Source of the DNA: Octopus bimaculoides
Lineage: Eukaryota
NCBI RefSeq assembly: GCF_001194135.2
Contig: NC_069001.1
Span: forward strand, 37,968,989-38,032,988
Reading direction: 5' to 3'
DNA: 64,000 nt
Both the position numbers and the translations under genes were made by a program. Shown in pieces: positions 1 to 13,369 of the stretch. The notes beneath the pieces are model-generated. The model did not search any database. It was not told the origin of the DNA and saw only the letters and a list, made by a program, of their open reading frames with translations. The stretch's first letter is position 1, and every line of letters begins with the position of its first letter.

Positions 1-49
1 ATATATATGTAGGTATGTATATATACACGCATACGTACATACAAAGTAA

Positions 50-1623
50 ATGTCACAGGATTTTCTATGAAGAATAAACACAAAATTGCGTATCACAATT
101 TGGATTCTGCAAAGAGACCTGTGCCTCCCAATGGCAGTCTGCCAATTCCAGTTCCACCAGATGATGGCATTGAAACATCAGATGATGATGCTGACTGTCA
201 CGATGGTGCTGCTGAGGATGATTACGTGGCTGATGACGACAGCTTTGAACCTGAGAAATGTTCCCAAGCTGAACTGAAGGACCCTGTCAGAGACCCACCC
301 ACCTCAAAAGACAAAGCAGAACTGTTGGCACCGTTATTTTCGGTAGAGAAGTGTGGTTCTGCAAACGTGTTTTTCTGTTGAAGGCCAGCTTTTCTCTTGC
401 AGTGACATCGATGGACTTTTCAATTGTTTATCACAAAATCATGATCCTGCAGAGTGGCGTTTGTTTATTGACTCTTCAAAACGAAGTTTAAAAGCTGTAC
501 TTCTCCATAATGGTCATTGGAAGCCCTCCATTCCTCTTCATGAATCATGTGAGAATATTGAACTATTACTTCGTGCCCTTCCCTGTGAAAGATACTCATG
601 GGAAAGATGTGGAGATTTAAAAGTGATTGCAATGTTAATGGGAACACAGTCACGTTTCACAACATATTCTTGGTTCTTGTGCCTGTGGGATTGTCAGGCA
701 ATTGACAGACATTATTCGGAATCAAACTGGCAGACAAGAACATCATACCAGTCAGGACTGTCTAGTGTCAAGAATACACTTCTTGTAAATCCATGTAATG
801 TTTTATTGCCTCTTTTGCACATAAAGCTTGGACTGATGAAGCAATTTGTAAAGACACTGGGGAAGAGAAATGCCAGAGGGTTTGAGTATATTATAGAAAA
901 GTTTGCCAAAATCACACAGGTGAAGTTGTCGGACCCCAAATTAGAGAAGTACTCGAGACAACACTTGAAGAACTGGGACTGCCTGCCTGGAATGCTTTTA
1001 ATTGGATCTGTGAGGATTTCTTGGGCAACAAAGAAGGCAATGGACCACAAGGATGGAATCAAGAACCTTCCGAAACGTTACTCAGGAATGGGTCGTCACA
1101 TGTCCTTGAAAGTTCACTTCTTGGACTCCCATCTGGATTTCTTTGCAGATTAACCTTGGAGCCATGTCTGATAAACATGGTGAAAGATTTCACCAGTGCT
1201 ATGGAGAAACGGTACCAAGGCTTCTGGAATGACAGTATGCTGGCTGACTTCTGCTGGACACTTTACCGTGATCAACCAGATCAGGAACACAGCAGGGAAT
1301 CCAAATCACAATGTTTCTAACTCTGTTGTTCTAACTTTGTCTGTTTCGTCTGATCCATTTCTTGTGTATTCACTCTTTGTAGAATGACTGTGATGATTTT
1401 TAAGTCAATAAACTCATTTACTTTCTAAAACCAACATGTCCTTATTTATTGCGTTAATGGTTTCATATACACAAATATGTAAACATTTGCATGGATCTGC
1501 TGAAAAGCTGGTACATGCTGCATAGAAATGAATTGAAAGTTTGAAATCAGCAAGAAAAACTAGTCTAAAAAAGTTGGTTTGCATTCAGAATAATTATAAT
1601 ACATTTAATTTTGTTGATTAGTG
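50..1623 (+). mobile_element. Degenerate DNA transposon (DDE transposase pseudogene), probably CMC/Chapaev3-like
   Basis: Frameshifted transposase pieces (ORFs 67-381, 353-1153, 1021-1320) with motifs EWRLFIDSSKRSLKAVLLHNG, CGDLKVIA, LHIKLGLMKQFVK, MSLKVHFLDSHLDFF and MEKRYQG. Plausible 3' terminus ...ttttgttgattagtg at 1623. Family assignment is from memory. Confidence 0.8.
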
Positions 1624-2260
1624 GTTATTGGTTTTGAATTCTGGCAGAAGAGCAGTAATTTGGGGGGATGGTACAGGGTAAGTTGATTTTATTGACTCTA
1701 GTGTTCAATTGGGACCTCTTTTATCAACCCCGAGAGGATGAAAGACAAAGCTGACCCTGGCAGAATTTGAACTCAGAACGTAAGAACCAATGAAATACTG
1801 CTGGTATGCTAACGAGTCTGCCAGTTGACCCCCTTAACACAACCACTTATTATCGACAGGATGTCATTTCACAAGCAGACCCACATCCGGTCAATAACCT
1901 TTACCTATCTATCATGCTAGTGATTGATAGGGAACATCAACAAATGCCACGGTTTGTTGGTCAGCACAGAGTGTAAACATACACACGTACAAACACACAC
2001 ACACACACACACACGCAATGTTGATGATGATAGAAGCAAAGCTTAAAACACTTGATATTACACAACACATAAAGAAACATACACTAACGATCCATGGTGT
2101 CCTGCTCATTACACTGCGTTATATAACACCTGTTCTTCAGTATCCCCATCTTTATTTAGAACTAAAATCAAGGATGCTACCTTTCAGGGGATGTAATTTT
2201 GAAATAAATGGACGTAAATTTTCTTCTCATTGACTGACGTAAAGCAATTTTATTTTGCAG

Positions 2261-2375
2261 ACGACAACCAAAAGTGGTGGCTGTGGTATATATCAATGGA
2301 ATGGCCGTATGAGCATGTTCCTCCACGTATTGCTCTTTGGTGCCATTTTCTCCATCCTGGTCTCTGCTATCTAAG
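2261..2375 (+). other. Candidate orphan exon of an unidentified gene
   Basis: Strong acceptor (attttattttgcag) and donor (AAG|gtaagt) around 115 nt of non-repetitive sequence. No product recognised. Confidence 0.3.
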
Positions 2376-2579
2376 GTAAGTATATGCAAATTCTAACATT
2401 GTTTTCATACAAATTCTTCCATTCATTGCTTCCCTGCACTGCTTCTGCTCTCTGCTTTCATCCATTTTCTCTTGTACACTCTTTCCATACAGTGTTCCAA
2501 TACATTGTCTTCCATACAACTTCAATATTACTATGAAAATTAATACAGCTCAGAATCCATAAATTTGGTAGGTTGGCAT

Positions 2580-2800
2580 TTTCCTAGGGGGTATAGATGT
2601 TGTAGGATCATTAACAAAAACTTTTCTTGTAAAAAAAGAAACTTTGCTTCCTTTGTTAATCAATTAAGCACTGAGAGGATCTCAGAAGTTGATGTGAATA
2701 AACAATCCTGTAACTGTACTGATATTAACAACTGCCCATATAATGACAATTGTTTAGATAATGGAATACTACGCAATTGAAAAAGTTCAAATTAACAATG
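2580..2800 (+). mobile_element. Penelope-like element remnant (Cys-rich linker and start of GIY-YIG)
   Basis: SCNCTDINNCPYNDNCL followed by YYA..V resembles the PLE CNC..CPL.G.CL...VY.A.V segment. Confidence 0.55.
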
Positions 2801-2900
2801 CAGGGCTGTCTGAGCAGCATAATAGGCCACTGAACAAACCAATGCACTGGGCTGTCTATTTACTGACAACAAGCTACAGCATACACAGATTAGAATATAT

Positions 2901-2947
<47 letters not shown>

Positions 2948-3936
2948 NNNNNNNNNNNNNNNNNNNNNNNNNNNNNNNNNNNNNNNNNNNNNNNNNNNNN
3001 NNNNNNNNNNNNNNNNNNNNNNNNNNNNNNNNNNNNNNNNNNNNNNNNNNNNNNNNNNNNNNNNNNNNNNNNNNNNNNNNNNNNNNNNNNNNNNNNNNNN
3101 NNNNNNNNNNNNNNNNNNNNNNNNNNNNNNNNNNNNNNNNNNNNNNNNNNNNNNNNNNNNNNNNNNNNNNNNNNNNNNNNNNNNNNNNNNNNNNNNNNNN
3201 NNNNNNNNNNNNNNNNNNNNNNNNNNNNNNNNNNNNNNNNNNNNNNNNNNNNNNNNNNNNNNNNNNNNNNNNNNNNNNNNNNNNNNNNNNNNNNNNNNNN
3301 NNNNNNNNNNNNNNNNNNNNNNNNNNNNNNNNNNNNNNNNNNNNNNNNNNNNNNNNNNNNNNNNNNNNNNNNNNNNNNNNNNNNNNNNNNNNNNNNNNNN
3401 NNNNNNNNNNNNNNNNNNNNNNNNNNNNNNNNNNNNNNNNNNNNATATATGCACGCATGTTTGTATGTATGTATAAATGATTTTTTGTATAATACTTTTT
3501 CTTTTCTTTCCTGAAATTTAGGTCAGCTGCGGTTTGAAGAAAATGTAAATCCCTTGCAGATATGCTGCTGACCACAGAAGAACAACTCGGCACCATTAGA
3601 AATAGAAAACCCATATTCAAATATAATTTCATGCACACACACACACACACACACATAAACATGCACAAAAAATATAATAGATATTATACTTAATTATGGC
3701 AGTTAGTATATTTAAATAGGAATGTTATTGACATATCCATATTCGTAACCTGATATATTATACACAAATATATGCACACATACACATAACACAAGTCACT
3801 ACCCTCCATACCATGGTTTCACATTGCTGTCCAGGAATTTAGACACCTCTTCAGTGAAATCTATGAAAATCACTTTGTCGAAATGTCTGCATACTGTCAC
3901 GAAACCATCGTAGAGAAGTAACTAAATAACTACCAG

Positions 3937-3987
<51 letters not shown>

Positions 3988-4532
3988 TATACACACAAAC
4001 ACACACATACATATATATACACATATACATATATACATACACACACACACACATGCACATATTTGTATATAGTATATCTTGTGTGTACAAACAGATGTAC
4101 AACTGCTACTGGTGAGTTCAGAGCTCCACATAGCTTATCCTCATCCAGTCTGCTTCCAGGTTAGTGGTTTGGTGACTGCTATACTTGCGGGTAGCACTAC
4201 GGGTTATAATATACAGAGCAAATGTAGGAGAAATTACAATAAATGCTTTATTTAACATCGTTTATTCCTACCTGCATTTCCCCATTTTAGTTATTTGCAG
4301 ATGACAGCATTGCACATTCTGAGTGCAGTTGGATGCTTAAACACAACAGGTAACCAGAAGAACACTTTGTTGCATTTTCTCTGTAATGAAATGTTCCTCT
4401 GATGATGATCCGTTGTGGTTAAGCTTCCCGTTATTCTTGGAAGATCCAGTGCAGAATTCCAAATGACCACAATGGTGAAACATACGTCGGGATACTTTAA
4501 ACTCAAACCCATATATTTAATGTAATTTCCCC

Positions 4533-4595
<63 letters not shown>

Positions 4596-5386
4596 NNNNN
4601 NNNNNNNNNNNNNNNNNNNNNNNNNNNNNNNNNNNNNNNNNNNNNNNNNNNNNNNNNNNNNNNNNNNNNNNNNNNNNNNNNNNNNNNNNNNNNNNNNNNN
4701 NNNNNNNNNNNNNNNNNNNNNNNNNNNNNNNNNNNNNNNNNNNNNNNNNNNNNNNNNNNNNNNNNNNNNNNNNNNNNNNNNNNNNNNNNNNNNNNNNNNN
4801 NNNNNNNNNNNNNNNNNNNNNNNNNNNNNNNNNNNNNNNNNNNNNNNNNNNNNNNNNNNNNNNNNNNNNNNNNNNNNNNNNNNNNNNNNNNNNNNNNNNN
4901 NNNNNNNNNNNNNNNNNNNNNNNNNNNNNNNNNNNNNNNNNNNNNNNNNNNNNNNNNNNNNNNNNNNNNNNNNNNNNNNNNNNNNNNNNNNNNNNNNNNN
5001 NNNNNNNNNNNNNNNNNNNNNNNNNNNNNNNNNNNNNNNNNNNNNNNNNNNNNNNNNNNNNNNNNNNNNNNNNNNNNNNNNNNNNNNNNNNNNNNNNNNN
5101 NNNNNNNNNNNNNNNNNNNNNNNNNNNNNNNNNNNNNNNNNNNNNNNNNNNNNNNNNNNNNNNNNNNNNNNNNNNNNNNNNNNNNNNNNNNNNNNNNNNN
5201 NNNNNNNNNNNNNNNNNNNNNNNNNNNNNNNNNNCAATGTTTGACTGGTACTTTTTTTTATCAATCTCAGAAGGATGAAAGGCAAAGTCGACCTTGCCAG
5301 TATTTGAACTCAGAATTTAAAGACAAACACAATGCCACAAAGCATTTTGCCAAGCGTGTTAGCGATTCTGCCAGCTCACAACCTTG

Positions 5387-5459
<73 letters not shown>

Positions 5460-5599
5460 TGATGATGATGATGATGATATGTTCTTTATTGGTCACCAGG
5501 GCCAAACACAAAACGTAGAGGACGATACACAGGTTGAGGGACAGTGAGGTTTAACGTGTAAACAGCCAAGAAACACAGTGATTAACAAAGAGGTTAAAT

Positions 5600-6010
5600 C
5601 CACAAAATGCTTCTACAAGAGGTGTCTGAGAAACTCTAGGTGCCTCACTCCAGTCAGTACATATATTGCAACCAGTCTAAAAACACTGCCTTCATTATCA
5701 TTCACATCCAAGACCACCGACTGACTTCCGGGTCCAGGAAGACAGACCTTATCTCAAGATCCAGGCCTTTTCTGAACAACACTGCCATTCCTGGTCGACT
5801 AAGAGATGTGAAAATCTCAAAGTCATCGAAAATGGGAGCCAAGGCCTGTGTGTCCATCATCCTGCTCTTACTGACGGCAATTATATCCAGACTCAGCCAC
5901 GTGAGGTCATTGCACAAGCGTCCTTGCTTCCACGATGACCGCAGGCCAAGTATAATTATAGAACCTACTTTAAGAACAGCCATACTGGCCAGGAAGTAAG
6001 GAAAGGAAAA
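5600..6010 (-). mobile_element. LINE (L1/Tx1-like) APE endonuclease N-terminal remnant
   Basis: LKVGSIIILGLRSSWKQGRLCNDLTWLSLDIIAVS...GMAVLFRKGL resembles the start of an APE domain. Confidence 0.55.
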
Positions 6011-6089
6011 AAGAGGGAGTGTCACTTACCCCTCCTGGTGCTGTTTGTGGTCAAGTGGTTCTTTGACCTTGTCTGTTTTGCTGAGTTCC

Positions 6090-6540
6090 TCTGGAAACCC
6101 TTTTAAAAGCCATCTGCTGGCTTTTTAACATGTTTCAGCTGACATTTGTCTCTCAGGGACGAGTTCTTGAACCCCTTCCAAGACCTTGGTTTCCTGTTCT
6201 TTGTTATAACTTCAATTGTTTTCTTGATTGTTCGATGACCTCAGCCAAGTTGCTTTGAAATGTTCAAAGCTTAGTTATTTTCTGCTTTTCAGACGCTGTG
6301 ATATCTTTCTTTTTAAACCATGATTATATTGTGACCTGCAAAATAGAGAAAAACATATTATTAACATTGTAAAAATATAAATTCCAACATTTGCATAAAA
6401 CCTTCAGACAGCCAATTTCAGTAAATTCTTAATTACTCACGAAAAACAGATCAGATGTGTGTCGAATTTTAGCCACAATTAACAAAGAGCATTTGTACCA
6501 ACATCCTAGAATTTCAGCTTCCTATGTACATGGACATTCA
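6090..6540 (-). mobile_element. Tc1-like transposon 5' remnant
   Basis: Broken reading from the ATG at 6321: M..KKKDITASEKQKITKL / ISKQLG*GHRTIKKTI...RKPRSWKGFKNSSLRDKCQLKH, typical of a Tc1 paired-like HTH N-terminus. Confidence 0.65.
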
Positions 6541-6692
6541 TTTTATTAAAAAAAAAAAACAATTTGCATAATATCTGTACACACACACACATATGTGTGT
6601 GTGTGTACACACATATATATAGGTATACATATATATATATACATATATACATATATATATATGTATATATATATACATGTATATATATATAC

Positions 6693-6753
<61 letters not shown>

Positions 6754-7539
6754 NNNNNNNNNNNNNNNNNNNNNNNNNNNNNNNNNNNNNNNNNNNNNNN
6801 NNNNNNNNNNNNNNNNNNNNNNNNNNNNNNNNNNNNNNNNNNNNNNNNNNNNNNNNNNNNNNNNNNNNNNNNNNNNNNNNNNNNNNNNNNNNNNNNNNNN
6901 NNNNNNNNNNNNNNNNNNNNNNNNNNNNNNNNNNNNNNNNNNNNNNNNNNNNNNNNNNNNNNNNNNNNNNNNNNNNNNNNNNNNNNNNNNNNNNNNNNNN
7001 NNNNNNNNNNNNNNGTATACATATATATATATACATATATACATATATATATATGTATATATATATATATATGTATGCATACATATACATATATGTGTGA
7101 ATGTATGTATGTACACAAGGCATACACCAGAATTATATATCAATACTCCTAATGAACTATATATTGTATTCACAGATGTGTACATTTTTAATTACTCACA
7201 AATTATTATTCATGTTTAATCTTTTCATTTGAATTACATACATACACACATATATACACATGTGTAAATACCTATCTATAAATATATATATATATATACA
7301 CACACACACATGTATATGTCTATGGTTATATATATATGTGTGTGTGTGTTTATATATGGAATATTAATGATTTAGACTGTAACATATTGAAGCTTCTTTA
7401 ATCATTCTTTGTTCGAGAGTTACTATTTCTATAATGGACACTGCAATATAAAACTATATGTTAGATCTTCCTCCTGGAAGAATCTGTAACAGAATTAGAA
7501 AAGAAATTCCAGGTGTCTTAAAGTAAACTTAGCATAGGT

Positions 7540-8345
7540 CTTAATAAGCAAGAAATCAGACAGGACCCTACCCACTTCACTTTAATGGCCCTACTAGACA
7601 TATAGGAAAAGTGTAGGCAGGAATTCCATTAGGTGTACCCAATGCAAGCTATGGACACACAAGAGGTGCAGTGGAATAGCAGGAGGGCTAACAGAGAAAG
7701 GAGTGTTTGTGTGTGGAAGATGTACAGGAGCCATAAAGACTATAGATGCATGGAAAGCTGGTTTCCTCAAATATTCTGAACGAATAGATAATTTCTACTA
7801 CGCAGGTGACCTAATTCACAGTGGAAGAGGATGTAATGAAAGTGTAGCTGCTAGAATATGAATAGGATGGTGAAAGTTCAAAGAGCTTTTACTTCTGTTG
7901 GCAACCAAAGATCTTTCCCTCTCTCTCTCTCCAAGTGAAAGGAAGATTGTATGATGCATGTGTACTAACAGCAATGCTACATGATAGTGAGATGTGGGCC
8001 CTGAATGCAGAAGACATGCAAAGACGAGAGGAAATAAAACTAGCATGCTCCACTGGATGTGCAATGTCAGGGTAAATGTGTGACAGAGTGTGAGTGTTTT
8101 GAGGGAAAAGTTGAGTGTAAGAGGAATTAGATGCAGTGTGCAAGAAAGAAGATTGTGCTGGTTTTGTCATGTGATGTGTATGGATGAGGACTGTTGCATA
8201 AAAATGTGCTGACCAGTTAAAGTGGATGGGACTTGTGGAAGAGAAAGACCCAGGAGGACATGGGGTGAAGTACTGAAAGCTGATCTCAAAATGCTGAGCC
8301 TTATAAAGGAAATGACAAAGGACCAGGATATCTGGCCCTTGTTCT
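7540..8345 (+). mobile_element. RTE-clade LINE 3' remnant
   Basis: Degenerate GVGRNSIRCTQCKLWTHKRCSG Cys-rich segment, then GW*KFKELL, VKGRLYDACV..MLH.SE.W and RPRRTWGEVLKADL. Confidence 0.8.
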
Positions 8346-8839
8346 ACTCACGAAGATCCACCCACCACAGCAGAAATGACATCCTAAAACCACCCGGGTA
8401 ATTCTTATCCATGAGGAACGCTGACCCGTCAGCCCACTTCTCAACCTCCATTTCATCTTCCAACACTCATCACTTCTTCTGTCAGCTGAGAGCAGAGTAG
8501 ACACATCCTGCATCCCCTGGCTTTTTCAGTTGCCTATCTTCCCCTCTCCTCACACCTCCATTACCTATTGTCTCCACCAATCACCTCCTCCCCTTTCCCT
8601 GTGCTGCTCTCCATCATCAACTCCTCTGCCCTCACACACCCACTGCAAATCCACCCCACATACCAAACCTCTCCTATATTTCTCACCACCATTCGCTACG
8701 GTCGCCTTAATCCTGCCCAAGCCTCTATACCCCCTCACACACCCAATGTCCCTTGGGGTAGGGCCCTGTCCCAACACATCTCTGCCATCATCTCTCTCAC
8801 TCCTGCTCTCTTTACCTTACTTTCCACTTCTTGTCTGTG

Positions 8840-9070
8840 AATTTGATTGATGGAAAATGTTGTGTTGGAGATATTATCTCAGTTCACTTTCAATTCAGCA
8901 GGTTTTCGCTTACCTTGATAACATTGTGTTAGCATAAATTTTCCAATAGATTGATTTCACTGGCATTTTGTACCTCTTATCTACATCTAAGAATGTTGGC
9001 GCAATAGAAATGGTCATCAGTATTATATGGTGTCATCATCAATTGAAGACGTGACTTTCTCCATTCTTGT
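8840..9070 (-). mobile_element. Possible Penelope RT C-terminal remnant
   Basis: MTISIAPTFLDVDKRYKMPVKSIYWKIYANTML resembles the PLE RT F.IE....FLDV......IYRK.T.T motif. Confidence 0.4.
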
Positions 9071-10194
9071 TCATGTTGTTATAGACATACATACATACAT
9101 TCCTACATATATAGGTATATATATATATATNNNNNNNNNNNNNNNNNNNNNNNNNNNNNNNNNNNNNNNNNNNNNNNNNNNNNNNNNNNNNNNNNNNNNN
9201 NNNNNNNNNNNNNNNNNNNNNNNNNNNNNNNNNNNNNNNNNNNNNNNNNNNNNNNNNNNNNNNNNNNNNNNNNNNNNNNNNNNNNNNNNNNNNNNNNNNN
9301 NNNNNNNNNNNNNNNNNNNNNNNNNNNNNNNNNNNNNNNNNNNNNNNNNNNNNNNNNNNNNNNNNNNNNNNNNNNNNNNNNNNNNNNNNNNNNNNNNNNN
9401 NNNNNNNNNNNNNNNNNNNNNNNNNNNNNNNNNNNNNNNNNNNNNNNNNNNNNNNNNNNNNNNNNNNNNNNNNNNNNNNNNNNNNNNNNNNNNNNNNNNN
9501 NNNNNNNNNNNNNNNNNNNNNNNNNNNNNNNNNNNNNNNNNNNNNNNNNNNNNNNNNNNNNNNNNNNNNNNNNNNNNNNNNNNNNNNNNNNNNNNNNNNN
9601 NNNNNNNNNNNNNNNNNNNNNNNNNNNNNNNNNNNNNNNNNNNNNNNNNNNNNNNNNNNNNNNNNNNNNNNNNNNNNNNNNNNNNNNNNNNNNNNNNNNN
9701 NNNNNNNNNNNNNNNNNNNNNNNNNNNNNNNNNNNNNNNNNNNNNNNNNNNNNNNNNNNNNNNNNNNNNNNNNNNNNNNNNNNNNNNNNNNNNNNNNNNN
9801 NNNNNNNNNNNNNNNNNNNNNNNNNNNNNNNNNNNNNNNNNNNNNNNNNNNNNNNNNNNNNNNNNNNNNNNNNNNNNNNNNNNNNNNNNNNNNNNNNNNN
9901 NNNNNNNNNNNNNNNNNNNNNNNNNNNNNNNNNNNNNNNNNNNNNNNNNNNNNNNNNNNNNNNNNNNNNNNNNNNNNNNNNNNNNGTAAATGAGACGCAT
10001 CTTTGCCTCCACTGATTCACTTGCAAAGTGTTGAGTAAAATTATTTCGTTGCAGACCTCCTTTGGGTCTTTTTATTATCACTGCGACACACATAGTCCCC
10101 AGTTGGTAACATTGATTTCAAGGCCCTCCTAGATGAGAGACTGGCATTCCACTTAATGTCTATGTTCCATGCTGGCATGGATTGGAGAGTTATT

Positions 10195-10308
10195 AATGTA
10201 GAAATATGGTATCGTAGCTACTAACAGTTGAGGGTTGCGTAGTCTAGACGGCGTTTTTAGATTTCATTATTCTCTTTAACCCGGGCAAAGCCGGGTATTT
10301 CTGCTAGT
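10195..10308 (+). mobile_element. Helitron 3' terminus
   Basis: GC-rich hairpin ACCCGG-gcaaag-CCGGGT (10279-10296) followed 7 nt later by CTAG|T (10304-10308), the canonical Helitron 3' end. Confidence 0.7.
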
Positions 10309-10403
10309 ATATATATATATATATATGTATACATACAATATAAATGTATATAATATATATATACACACACATTTCATCAAATACATGAGATTAGGTATCA
10401 GTA

Positions 10404-10444
<41 letters not shown>

Positions 10445-11639
10445 ACATGTAATTTGAAAGAACAGTGCTTTTGATATTAGGTGTTCGTAATATTCTAAGG
10501 TTGTTATATTTATAATTTAGTTTAAGCTGTCTTTCAATTGACCTCTCTGCATCACGAACCATGTTCAAACTTGCTTTGTTGAACAATCACCAGATAATAA
10601 GCAACAGGTGTTACCAACTCATTAGCAATGAACCTTATCATGTCTTAGTACATCATTAAATATTTTATTACTACTGTAGTATGTACAAACAATGACGGGG
10701 CTTATTTCTATCTCTTTTTGGCAATTGTGAATGTTTCTGCTCAAATCATTTCTCCATTTTCTTCTGGTGTTTCATTTTATCTTCTTTCAGTTATTCATAT
10801 TATTCCCACTCATTCTCTTCTTCCATTATTTTCGGTGATTCATTCACATCATTATTTCTTCTCTTCTTTTCAACCTATGTGCATGCATAAATATATGTAT
10901 CCCTCTTTATATTTTATTGCTGGTTACAGTCTGCCCTCACCCCTTCCCCTTATTTACCCCCCCCCCATGACTTCAAAATTATGCACAAGCTTTTTATTAG
11001 AAATATATATATATAGTGAGACAGGCAGGCAGACAGTGGAATAGAGAGATAGATAATTAAGTTATTTTCATCTTTTATCATTTAATTGTTTCAGTCAGAA
11101 GACTGCAATTAGGGACTTTTAATTAGGAAATTTGAAATAATTACACATTAAGTGAAAGACAATTCTTTTGATTGATTAATATAACCTTGTTTTAATTATC
11201 ACAGCAAGGGAGATGACTTTGATCAGGTTTTGGTGTAATTGCTACCTCATTAGTGAAGCTTAGGTTTCAGTCTGGTGACATTAGAATCACTAATTAAATC
11301 TAATGTAGACTAATTAACATAATAGTTAGCATATTTATGAGAAGGTGTCTCTTGGTAATTCCTGTGTTAATTAAAATATTTGGTGAACAGCTGTTGCTAG
11401 GTAATCAGCTGAGGATTCGTAATGAATGACTGAAGCCATGTCGGACACTGTCCACCAAAAAGCTTGCTCCAGAACTGGTCTGTAGTTGGGGGTTGCGAGA
11501 GTGGGTGCGAAGAAAAGACATTTTGTCTTAAGCTGCTGATAGAGCTTGATCTGCTAGAAATAGCAGCTAAGTCTACCTTAAATTACATCTGATTGTTGTC
11601 GAGTCAGTGAAGGACATATGAAGTAATGTAGTTTTGTGG

Positions 11640-11910
11640 TACGAAGGCACATGGCTTTGTGGTTAGAATGTTTCATTCGTAATTGTAAGAAAACGATTTC
11701 AGTCCCTGGACTAGGCAGTGCATTGTGTTCTTGCATAAAACACGTCATTGCACTTCATTGCACCAGTCCATTCAGCTGTAAATTAGTTCCAGCAATAGTT
11801 GGGAAGTTAATCCTGCGATGGACTGGTATCCTGTCCAGGAGGAATATTGTAATCTCAGTCACTTACACACCATGAAAACCAAATTAAGCTCCAGTCTTAT
11901 GAGATCCTTG
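11640..11910 (+). mobile_element. tRNA-derived SINE, family E (ccagtccactcagctg core; gcgatggactgg...cctgtccagg motif)
   Basis: A-box-like tggctttgtggtt head. Related copies at about 22010-22160 (+), 22440-22620 (-), 23900-24140 (-) and 61905-62130 (+). Confidence 0.65.
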
Positions 11911-12117
11911 GGCTCACAACAGACCTAAATCCAAACTCCAAAGTCCTGTGGGTGGTTGATCCTCCAATCCAGCTAAGGAAACTAGACTTCCATTTCCCTT
12001 TTATAAATTGCTGACGCAGCGTCCAGATGTGTCATTCTGTTTCAAAGTTTGTCCACCTCGAAGCTGGGCAAGCATGTGCCACGTGGCACGTGCCTTATAT
12101 GCATATATTTATATATT

Positions 12118-12163
<46 letters not shown>

Positions 12164-13369
12164 ATATCATCATCAGCATCAGCATCATTTAATGTCCATT
12201 GTCCATGTTAGCATGGGTTGGACGGGTTGATTGTGTTGGCACACTGGAAGGCTGCACCAGACTCAAGTCTGATTTGGCATGGTTTTCTACAGCCGGATGC
12301 CCTTCCTAATGCCAACCACACTGAGAGTGTAATGGGTGCTTTTATGTGCTGCTGGCACAGGTGCCATTTGCATGACACCAGAGTGCATTTACGCGCCACT
12401 CGCATGGATGCCGTCATGCGTGACACAGGTATCTGCTATGACTACGATTTTACTCAACTTGATGGGTCTTCTTCTCAAGCATCACATAATGACAAAGGTC
12501 TTGGTCATTGCCTCCATATATATATATATATATATATANNNNNNNNNNNNNNNNNNNNNNNNNNNNNNNNNNNNNNNNNNNNNNNNNNNNNNNNNNNNNN
12601 NNNNNNNNNNNNNNNNNNNNNNNNNNNNNNNNNNNNNNNNNNNNNNNNNNNNNNNNNNNNNNNNNNNNNNNNNNNNNNNNNNNNNNNNNNNNNNNNNNNN
12701 NNNNNNNNNNNNNNNNNNNNNNNNNNNNNNNNNNNNNNNNNNNNNNNNNNNNNNNNNNNNNNNNNNNNNNNNNNNNNNNNNNNNNNNNNNNNNNNNNNNN
12801 NNNNNNNNNNNNNNNNNNNNNNNNNNNNNNNNNNNNNNNNNNNNNNNNNNNNNNNNNNNNNNNNNNNNNNNNNNNNNNNNNNNNNNNNNNNNNNNNNNNN
12901 NNNNNNNNNNNNNNNNNNNNNNNNNNNNNNNNNNNNNNNNNNNNNNNNNNNNNNNNNNNNNNNNNNNNNNNNNNNNNNNNNNNNNNNNNNNNNNNNNNNN
13001 NNNNNNNNNNNNNNNNNNNNNNNNNNNNNNNNNNNNNNNNNNNNNNNNNNNNNNNNNNNNNNNNNNNNNNNNNNNNNNNNNNNNNNNNNNNNNNNNNNNN
13101 NNNNNNNNNNNNNNNNNNNNNNNNNNNNNNNNNNNNNNNNNNNNNNNNNNNNNNNNNNNNNNNNNNNNNNNNNNNNNNNNNNNNNNNNNNNNNNNNNNNN
13201 NNNNNNNNNNNNNNNNNNNNNNNNNNNNNNNNNNNNNNNNNNNNNNNNNNGTGAAAGAAAATATAGGAGGAGGATCGGTTAATTATGATTTTATTCAACA
13301 CATTCCCCTCTCAGATTCAGGGGTTCTTCAGTTTTTCTAAGCACGTGAAAAAACATTCAAGCGAGGTCG

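Noticed and set aside
8950-9030. Minus-strand CTGATGA ... GAAATCAATC with AATA/TATT flanks
   Set aside because: The stem II closing pair is absent and the stem III loop is only 2 nt. The region is better explained as a coding remnant.
2761-13340. Long ORFs in the track (200-350 aa), here and elsewhere in the window
   Set aside because: They run through N gaps and (TA)n or (CA)n microsatellites (poly-X, YIYI, HTHT) and are not genes.
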